From NCBI GenBank assembly GCA_964016885.1, contig CAXHJY010001066.1:1-30941 (forward strand): DNA of 30,941 bases, in the 5' to 3' direction. The first letter of the stretch is position 1. Each line of letters begins with the position of its first letter. Positions 17,160 to 30,941 of this stretch are shown piece after piece. The notes under the pieces are model-generated. The model saw nothing but the letters and a program-made list of their open reading frames with translations, ran no database searches and was not told the origin of the DNA. The translations under genes and the position numbers were made by a program. Origin of the DNA: Eledone cirrhosa (Eukaryota).

Positions 17160-17510
17160 CCTGCTTATTCCTGGTAGAGTTGTAGGGGCAGAGTCCTCAA
17201 ACACTCTTTTTAGCGGGTCTTGTCAGAAGCAACCGTCTCTAATTGACACAGTTGGATCTCCAAGAGAGACCAGCCAAGTGTATGGATGTTATCCAACCAT
17301 CTTACTCGGGGATCTACCCCTGGGTTTCCTGCCATTTGGTTTTGCCAGTAAAATCTGTCCAGCGATTCTTTCCTGAGACATTCTAACCACATGTCTATAA
17401 TATCGGAGCTGTGATCTCTTAATTCAAAGAATTAGTGGCTTTAGCTGGAGTGACTCGCTGATATCCAAGCTACTCATTCTATCGAGTAATGTTATTCCAA
17501 GAATCTGAGA
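17160..17510 (-). mobile_element. Decayed RTE-like LINE ORF2 C-terminal fragment
   Basis: Minus-strand translation across stops and frameshifts gives ILGITLLDRMSSLDISESLQLKPLIL*IKRSQL ... PRVRWLDNI ... LETVASDKTR, matching the RTE C-terminal pattern (IERSQLRW...GRP..RW.D.I...A.DR). Confidence 0.6.
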
Positions 17511-18071
17511 TATTGGGCCAATATGAAAAATAAACAGTGACAAAATAACAAAACAAAGAAAATATATTCACAACCCAAGAACTTAGTTTTTATTTGTCTT
17601 TTGGTTTTAATCGATATGAAGTTAAAAGACAGCACAAATCCTTCAAGAATAACATTAAAAATATACATTTATTTTCAGGTATAATTATTTTCCTGGCACT
17701 GAATAAGAATAATTTCAAAATACAGGTACCTAACCATTTACCAGGGTTCCAGAAAACCAGTTTTTGAAAATGTTATAATTATGTTGTATCACTTTAAAGT
17801 TCGTGCAGTGTCGCAGCACGAAAAGCTGTCACCTGCCTATATATGTTTACCTTATTTTCTTATATATTTCCTCGTTTTCGGTCCTAGGCATAACCTAAAG
17901 TTTTTTGGAGCCGTTTGGTTAGGAAATGACTGCTCTACAGTAACACGCAAGCAAGCACAGCTATGAAATAAAGATCGATATAAGAAACCTTAGGGTTTGA
18001 AGATTGGATGACAATCATATTGCGTGTGTGTGTGTTAATAATAATAATATAGAACCTGAAAATTAATTTTT

Positions 18072-18854
18072 TTAAGTAGAAGTCAGTTCAAGGATACAAT
18101 CTGTACCAGGAAATATTGGAAGGTTTAGTTCATATTTTCTTTCGAGATCTTTGGGGACAAATCTACCCCCTAAATAATGGGTACGACCAGAAAAGTGTTT
18201 GGCACATAACTTCGGTGCGGTTAAAGATACGAGGGTATCGGGTTGGAGCCCATCGGGAGCACCTGCTTCTACATCCCACCCGGACGGTACATCTACACTT
18301 AGTATAGGACATTTAACTGTTTTAAGGGTGTCCAAAACCGGCGCGAATGTTCCACGAACTGGGCCTTTGAAACTGAAGCCGAATATAGCATCGATTATTA
18401 AACCATAAGAGTTATCAATGTCTTGTTGGTTGGAAGGGAAGCTGTCCAGGAATTGTAAGTTCATTTTCTCACACTGGAGTCGCAGGTTTTTAAATAGTGG
18501 CTTATCGGGACATTTTGGGTAAAATATTGTTGGTTCACAGCCGAACATTTTCAGGTGTCTGGCACATACTAAACCGTCTCCTCCGTTGTTTCCTGGTCCA
18601 CAACAGACAAGGACAGAAGCTCCTTTCAAGAGTGAAGGGTAACTACGACCGACAGCTAAAGCACAGCTATAACCAGCAAGTTCCATCAACTGATCAACAC
18701 TGAAGCCGTAAGAAGTGAATAATTCTTCGTCGATGTTTTGGGCTTCTTCCTGGCGTAGAAATCTCAGTTTGACGCTGGAAGTCATCCTCGTATGAAACTG
18801 TAATGGTTTGATAAAAGATCGCAAGCAATATCGGGGAAATAGTTGAGCCAACAT
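18072..18854 (-). CDS. NAXE: NAD(P)H-hydrate epimerase (YjeF N-terminal domain; APOA1BP/AIBP), 260 aa, uninterrupted ORF, N-terminal mitochondrial-type presequence
   Basis: Diagnostic motifs [72 protein letters not shown] and HYLGGRFVP; runs from ATG 18854 to TAA 18072. Confidence 0.96.
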   Translation of the reverse strand: MLAQLFPRYCLRSFIKPLQFHTRMTSSVKLRFLRQEEAQNIDEELFTSYGFSVDQLMELAGYSCALAVGRSYPSLLKGASVLVCCGPGNNGGDGLVCARHLKMFGCEPTIFYPKCPDKPLFKNLRLQCEKMNLQFLDSFPSNQQDIDNSYGLIIDAIFGFSFKGPVRGTFAPVLDTLKTVKCPILSVDVPSGWDVEAGAPDGLQPDTLVSLTAPKLCAKHFSGRTHYLGGRFVPKDLERKYELNLPIFPGTDCILELTST

Positions 18855-20024
18855 CCAATATTTTCTACGTTGTTATCGATGTTTTTCACTGTAAGAAAGT
18901 TTCGAAGATAAATATGCGTACACCGCTTATTTGTAAACGGTGTCAAATTAAAACAAGTTCCCCGGTTAATACATTTCTAGTTATTTAAGCACGGCATTAT
19001 TAACGTTTTGCTATTCTAGCGATAATGATACTTATTAGAATTGGTAGGTTAGTTAGCAGTTATCTATGTCGACAGGATTATTTAGGAAGTCTAAATGCGT
19101 CTCAAACATTCTTGTTTTGTTTCTCTTTTACAATATCTAACAACAATAATAATCAGTCTCGCAAACTGTAAGTTCACATGTCATCTAGTGTGAGAGAACT
19201 ATGAGATTGTTGTTTAAATGGGAAGATAAAATATTAATAAACATCTGTAATAAACTAATAATCGTTGAAAAAACTATTTTATATCAAAGGTATATATTGA
19301 GTTAGAAACTCAAAATAGTCTCTTACAGAAAGAGGTTTTTCTGAGCCGTGTAATAAAATTGAATATAAAAGAAAGATAAACACAGATATAAATATTATTT
19401 TAAATTGAGTCTGGCAAACCCTATTGTTAATAGTTAGTATTTTTTTTCACCCTAGCGAATCTGGTCCCTTCCGATTTGAACACATATATATTTATATCTG
19501 TGTTTATCTTTCTTTTATATTCAAATAAAGAAATAAAAAAGGAAAAAAATTTTTTTATTTCTATAATCGTCCTTTTCTCCCTGTTTTCACACACACACAC
19601 ACATATATATATATTGGTTTAGTCAAGAGGAAACTAGATGTGTCCACAGCTTTCTGAAGTCGATAGATGTAGGAAGGACATGTATCCAGGCTCAGTAAAA
19701 AAACTTAATTACAGACAAAGTTGACATTAAAGAAATTGGCTAAATAAAAATTCCAGACAAAATAAAATAAATGAAATGAAGAAGAACAACAGCAACATAT
19801 TACTTGTTGTTGTGTAGTCCCAAGTCAGTTCTACTCAAGGAAACCTATGGTCTGTAAATAATTGAACGACTTAGAAGACATGCACACACGCAAACATACA
19901 GATTAATTTGTATAGTGCAAGGGAGATAATTCACGGTAACACGTTACTGTAATATTCACTCTCTTGAAACTTTGCATTAATAGGGTAAAAAAAGAACGAA
20001 TTAGTTTTATTGTTGAAATCTTAA

Positions 20025-20325
20025 CCAGGGTAAAGACCCAGTCCCGAATGACCATAGGTTTTACACCTAGAAGCCCTCTTTCTTCGAGGTACAAGCCCTG
20101 GCAAGGTTGTTTGTGGAAGACCAGCAGTCGCCCATATATACCAATCTCCCTTCTTCATGCCATGGTGTCTAACGGAAAGACAATGGCTGATACATCTTGG
20201 CACCAGTGAGATTGCAACTCGTTTTTACAGCTGAGGAAACTGGAGTAACGTAAAAATATAATGTATTATTCATGGATACAATGTAACGCCAGGTCTGGGA
20301 ACCGAACTCGCAACCTCACGACTCT
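20025..20325 (-). mobile_element. Family-A SINE copy (inverted)
   Basis: aaggttgtttgtggaagaccagcagtcg...cttggcaccagtgagattgcaac...acagctgag is the reverse complement of the segments at 21440-21570. Confidence 0.75.
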
Positions 20326-20719
20326 GCATCTACCTATTAAAACATGTTCAAGTCTTACGACATGGTTTTCGTGAGTACTAAAGTAAAGTTATCTCTAAAT
20401 GTTTATTGATTCGTTTCTAGTATTATTTTAAAAGTTAATTTCGGGGGGGTCTTTGGCTGTTTTCCGCAACTCATCTTCCCGAGGTGTCGGATGTCCGTAA
20501 ACCCATTTGGTTATTCCAGCACCTTAGCCTCGCTACCAGCTGCAGTAATTCAGCGAGTGTTTTGGCTTGCTTCAAACATTTCCCATTACAGGTGTGTGTG
20601 TGACCGATTGACACACTTGGAGGTGAATTAAGGATTTTTTTCTCTCTAGCTTTGATTATATATTTTTATGAATTATATTTATTAGGTTCCTAGTAATAAT
20701 TAATTATTTGTGTGTAGAG

Positions 20720-20892
20720 TGTGGTGGGTCGGACGCCATGCTTTGCAGCATAGAGTTACGTCCCTTTACATTCTGAGTTCAAATCCTGCCGAGGTTAACT
20801 TTGCCTTTCGTCCTTACGGGGTCGATAAAATAAAGTACCAGTAATTTACTGAGTATTTGCTGACTTTGTGGCAAAAGTAGAATCAATTATTT
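20720..20892 (+). mobile_element. Family-B SINE copy
   Basis: ggacgccatgcttt...gagttcaaatcctgccgaggttaactttgcctttcgtccttacggggtcgataaaataaagtaccagtaa...gcaaaagtagaatcaattat; colinear with the reverse complement of 10605-10760. Confidence 0.85.
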
Positions 20893-21356
20893 GTGTGGTG
20901 TAACAGAAAGAGAAGTGACAGACGTGGAAAGACTGGAGAAATGGAAGCAGAAAAGATCAGTGCCACTGGACCGCCTGAGATGGTGAATGAAATGATGAAA
21001 GGTTCTCAGAAGGTAATACATGATTCACTCATGTAACACTCAAGTTATCTCCCCTAGCTTAGAAATTCTATTTTTTTACTTCCTAGATTTTCAAGTAGTG
21101 AAGGAATGAATCAGCTGAGTTTTCTGATTCTAATTTGTGTAAACCAATTCATTCATAAAATCTGATATGTTTTCCTGCCCGACAGAAGCACATGGTAATA
21201 CCTACACTCTACTTTCTTCAGCATTGAGTACATAGTTGAACAATGGTCATACTAGTCTAAACTAGTAACTCCCCATCTATCTTGTAAATAGTTAATACCT
21301 GGCGACTGAGCTCACACCGTTTTAAAACGTATATATGTGTGTGTATGTTTGTGACA

Positions 21357-21637
21357 GCACATGGTTTAGTGGTTAGAGTGTCGGTCTTACAATCATAAGG
21401 CCAGGCTTTGAGCAAGACACTTTATCTCACAGTTCCCTCAGCTGTAGTTGCAATGTCACTGGTGCCAAGCTGTATTGGCCTTTGCCCTTCCTTTGGACAA
21501 TATCATTGGCGTAGAGAGAGGGGACGCCAGTATCAATGGACGACTGCTTGTCTTCCACAAACAAACTTGCCCTGAGGGGAACTTTCCTGGTGATAATCCC
21601 ACGGTCATTGGTGACCGAAGGTGTACCTGTTACCCTT
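21357..21637 (+). mobile_element. Family-A tRNA/CORE-type SINE copy with internal deletion
   Basis: gcacatggtttagtggttagag (A box), ctttgagcaagacactttatctcac (CORE-like), and a 3' body matching 20025-20220. Confidence 0.8.
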
Positions 21638-21814
21638 TACTCTTTATATACATATATCAAAGTTGTAAAGAAACAAGAAACAACAGAGTGATGTATGCAA
21701 TAATTTATAGAAAGTTACAATAGCAGAAAATATTGAAAGAAGTGCTTGGTTTCTTAGCAACATAACAGGCTCTCTGCAGAGAAAAAGCAATGGAGTGAAA
21801 TAGTTAAACAATGA

Positions 21815-21876
21815 TTATATATATGCATATATATATATAATATATATACAGACACACACACACACACACATGCATA

Positions 21877-21911
<35 letters not shown>

Positions 21912-22210
21912 TATGAAGAATTTATGTGCATATACAAACATATATATATATATGTATATATATATACATGTGGCTGTGTACATATGTGTGTATTATATAT
22001 TTAAAAATTTATCTTCGTATGTATGTATGTTTGTAAGCATGTATGTTTGTATGTATATATGTATGCATGTTTGTATGTATATATGTATGCATGTTTGTAT
22101 GTATATATGTATGTTTGTTTATATATGAAAGTGGCAGTAAGTTCATCATTAATTCAAAATATAATTGTAATTAATAATGATAATGATAATAATAATGATG
22201 ATGATGATGG
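21815..22210. repeat. Compound (TA)/(CA)/(TATG)/(GAT) microsatellites
   Basis: Direct inspection. Confidence 0.85.
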
Positions 22211-22460
22211 AGATAGGGAGTGCATGAGGCTACACATTTAGTGGAGAGAGCAGTCAATTTAAGTAGAAGAAGAAGAAAAAGAAGATATTAAGGAAGGAAT
22301 TATTTATTTTTTGCTATTGAAATTATAGTCAAAGTCATCTACACCAAAATGAGTCAGGTCTATCACATTGATAAAGACCTCGAACCAACCATCTGTGAAA
22401 CACGTGTAACGTTCAATATGGAATGAAAACATTTTAAGGTGAAACTTAATTATCTCATAC

Positions 22461-22509
<49 letters not shown>

Positions 22510-22799
22510 GAATGTATATGTAAAATAAATCTAGATAGTTAAATATGTTCTGTATTTATTTCAGTGATAAATATTCTAGTTATGCAATAATTGAATTATA
22601 TTATGACAGAGTATTTAGCCAACAATTCTCTCCTTAACATAACCCCTGGGTTCAATCACCATGACATTATGTGTGACAATATCAAGACCTTCAGTTACAC
22701 AGACAATTGATATGATAGTTTTGTCACCTGATGTCCATTGATCCTATTTCACTGAGAAGGATTGCACACTTAACTTTGAGGTGATGGTAATAGATATTA

Positions 22800-22865
22800 C
22801 ACAGTGTCTTCAACTGAGATCTCATCGTTGCAAAGTCAACTTCCTAACCACTTAGCCATGCCTGT
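22800..22865 (-). mobile_element. SINE tRNA-head remnant
   Basis: cctaaccacttagccatgcc reads ggcatggctaagtggttagg (A-box like) on the minus strand, similar to 7665-7690. Confidence 0.5.
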
Positions 22866-23389
22866 ACTCATATATATATACGCACCTACCTACTGACTTA
22901 CCCACACACCTACCTACCTACCTACCAATATACCTACCACTCTATCTATCTATCTAATTACATACCTAATTCTCTGTCCGTTCCTCTCTCTCTCTCTCTA
23001 TGTATATATATATGTATATAGTGAATGTATATATTGATACACACATACACTCACATACATGTATCTATAGGTAACTATATAATTCAATTGATGCTATAGT
23101 TTTCCTGCAGGTCTCTAAGGAAATACTAGTGAACATCACTTGATATGAAGCAGAGAGATGTAGGGGGAGGAGGAGGGGTGGTAGTTCTGCAGTCACATGA
23201 CAGTGTGACATCACTCCTTATACAGTAGTGAAGCCATGTGACTCAGCAGTATTTCTTTCCTTTATCAATAAAATGTCTGCTACTCTTTAGAAAAAGTATT
23301 TGGTTATATTGAGCAGTTTCGAAGACAAACAAAACACTATTAAATTATCAGTTTTTACATTACTCTCTCTCTCTCTCTAGAGAGAGAAT

Positions 23390-26294
<2,905 letters not shown>

Positions 26295-27517
26295 GGAATG
26301 ATATGTCACAAACTACACGGACTCGGCATAACTGGAAAAGTAGGTGAGTGGCTGCATGGCTTCCTGAGGGACAGAAGCCAGGCAGTCGCAGCAAATGGGG
26401 CCCTCTCGAGGGAAACACCGATAACAAGTGGGGTACCTCAGGGGACAGTCCTGGGACCACTACTGTTTTTGGTGGCTCTCTCGGACATGCCCTCTGTGGT
26501 GCATGCAACAACATCCCTCACTAGCTATGCTGATGACACTAAGGTAGCACAGGCAATCAAAAACCCGGCTGACGCTGCCCTCTTACAGCAGGATCTGGAT
26601 GCCATATACAGATGGGCGGAAGAAAACAACATGCAGTTTAATGCTGGCAAATTCCAAGCCCTACAATACAAACCTGCAAATACAAACACAAATATAGCGG
26701 AACACAGCTACACAGGACCAGGAGGGACCGATATCCCCGTGTCAAAATCGATACGAGACCTGGGCATAGACATGAGCGATGATGCATCTTTTTCTTCACA
26801 CATCATGAAGGTGGCGACAGCATGTAGACGATTCGCTGGCTGGATCTTGAGGACTTTCCTTACAAGAGATCGAGACACCATGTTGACACTGTGGAGGACT
26901 TTTGTCCTAAGCCGCCTGGACTACTGCTCCCAGCTGTGGTCACCCCATAGTGTCAAACTAACCACAGAGCTTGAGGCAATCCAGCGAAGCTACACCAAGA
27001 GGATTGCCAAGATGAGGGAGACAAGCTACTGGGAGAGGCTGAAGGAACTGAACCTCTACTCCTTGGAGCGAAGACGGGAGAGATACGCAGTGATCTACAT
27101 GTGGAAAATCCTGGAGGGACTAGCACCAAACTTTGGCATTGGGAGCTGGACCAACCGTCGAACAGGACGTCACTGTGTGGTGCCAAAGGTCCCGTCTTCC
27201 ACATCTAGAATAAGGAGCAGGTATTGCAATAGCCTGGGATTCAAGGGCCCTCAACTCTTCAACAGGCTGCCGAGGCATCTGCGAGACTTGCATGACGTGG
27301 AGGTGGATGTCTTTAAGAAACATCTCGACACCTTGTTATCCAGGATCCCGGATGAGCCCACAGCAAGACACGAGGGAAACCTAAGGGCAGCAGCAACAAA
27401 CTCCCTCCTACACCAGTGGCCAACCTATACAGGCTGGAGATAAAATGTGTAGCAACAAGGGCGGTGCCCCAGCATGGCCTCAGCCCGATGGCTGAAACAG
27501 GTAAAAGAGTAAAAGAG
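26295..27517 (+). mobile_element. 5'-truncated CR1-group non-LTR retrotransposon: RT domains from SGVPQG onward, the C-terminus and the complete 3' UTR and tail
   Basis: Open frame 26295-27443 with [55 protein letters not shown] and [17 protein letters not shown]. The 3' UTR has a hairpin tcagcc-cgat-ggctga and the tail gtaaaagagtaaaagag. Confidence 0.93.
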
Positions 27518-30505
<2,988 letters not shown>

Positions 30506-30941
30506 GTGTGTCTGCATGTTTTGCTTTCTTTCCAGAACATTCTCCATGTGTGTGAAGTGAATGTTGTGGTTATGTCATACATACATCCTAGTATTTTAGT
30601 CTGTGGTGTGTGAGGAGATGTATTTATGTTGCTGAATTGAATGCTTGTTTGTATTTGATGTCCTTTAATGTTTAGGGTAGGGGTTACTTTTTAATCTTAT
30701 TTATTTTAAAGCCAGTTTTTTAAATTAGATATATTGTTGGAGTAGTTCTGTAACAATGTCTTGAGAATGTTGGTAAGAGGTAACAGTTATATTGTTATAC
30801 AACATTTCATTGAATATATATCAACATTTCTAATAAATACCATCAACTGGAAAATACATAGACCTTCACCATTGCTACTATAATGGTCTATATTCTTGGA
30901 CAATGTGGGAGGACACTAGATGTGTTGTTATCAAGGTGATG

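Noticed and set aside
20905-21030. Purine-rich exon-like stretch ending in AAG|GTAATA
   Set aside because: Could be a LINE relic (ATGPPEMVNEMMK resembles the KAxGP...EMLK region) or an exon, but it is too short to support either call.
30518-30600. Plus-strand acceptor-like ttttgctttctttccag
   Set aside because: No recognisable coding sequence or partner donor in the window.

Overview
AT-rich eukaryotic genomic DNA, most likely from a coleoid cephalopod such as Octopus. That assignment is inferred from the multi-kb interrupted (TA)n arrays, the style of the tRNA-derived SINEs and the C2H2 gene type. Nearly half the window is two large (TA)n-based arrays (1-7410 and about 23390-30505). Between them lie two intact minus-strand genes with uninterrupted coding sequence: a 14-finger C2H2 zinc-finger gene (8181-9488) and NAXE/APOA1BP NAD(P)HX epimerase (18072-18854), the latter with a likely mitochondrial/cytosolic dual start. 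A young-looking, 5'-truncated CR1-group LINE with an unbroken RT frame and a complete stem-loop plus (GTAAAAGA)n tail sits inside the right-hand array. The intergenic DNA carries several SINE families, MITEs and LINE relics. The most unusual observations are: (i) the zinc fingers alternate two recognition-helix types, and their code-predicted target (nAT-GTn) resembles the TATGTN interruptions of the neighbouring satellite; (ii) an unexplained CpG-retaining island at 11850-12260 with three palindromic ~46-bp tandem units and several hairpins; (iii) strand-flipped blocks inside the left (TA)n array. Nearly all other ORFs in the supplied track are microsatellite translation artefacts.
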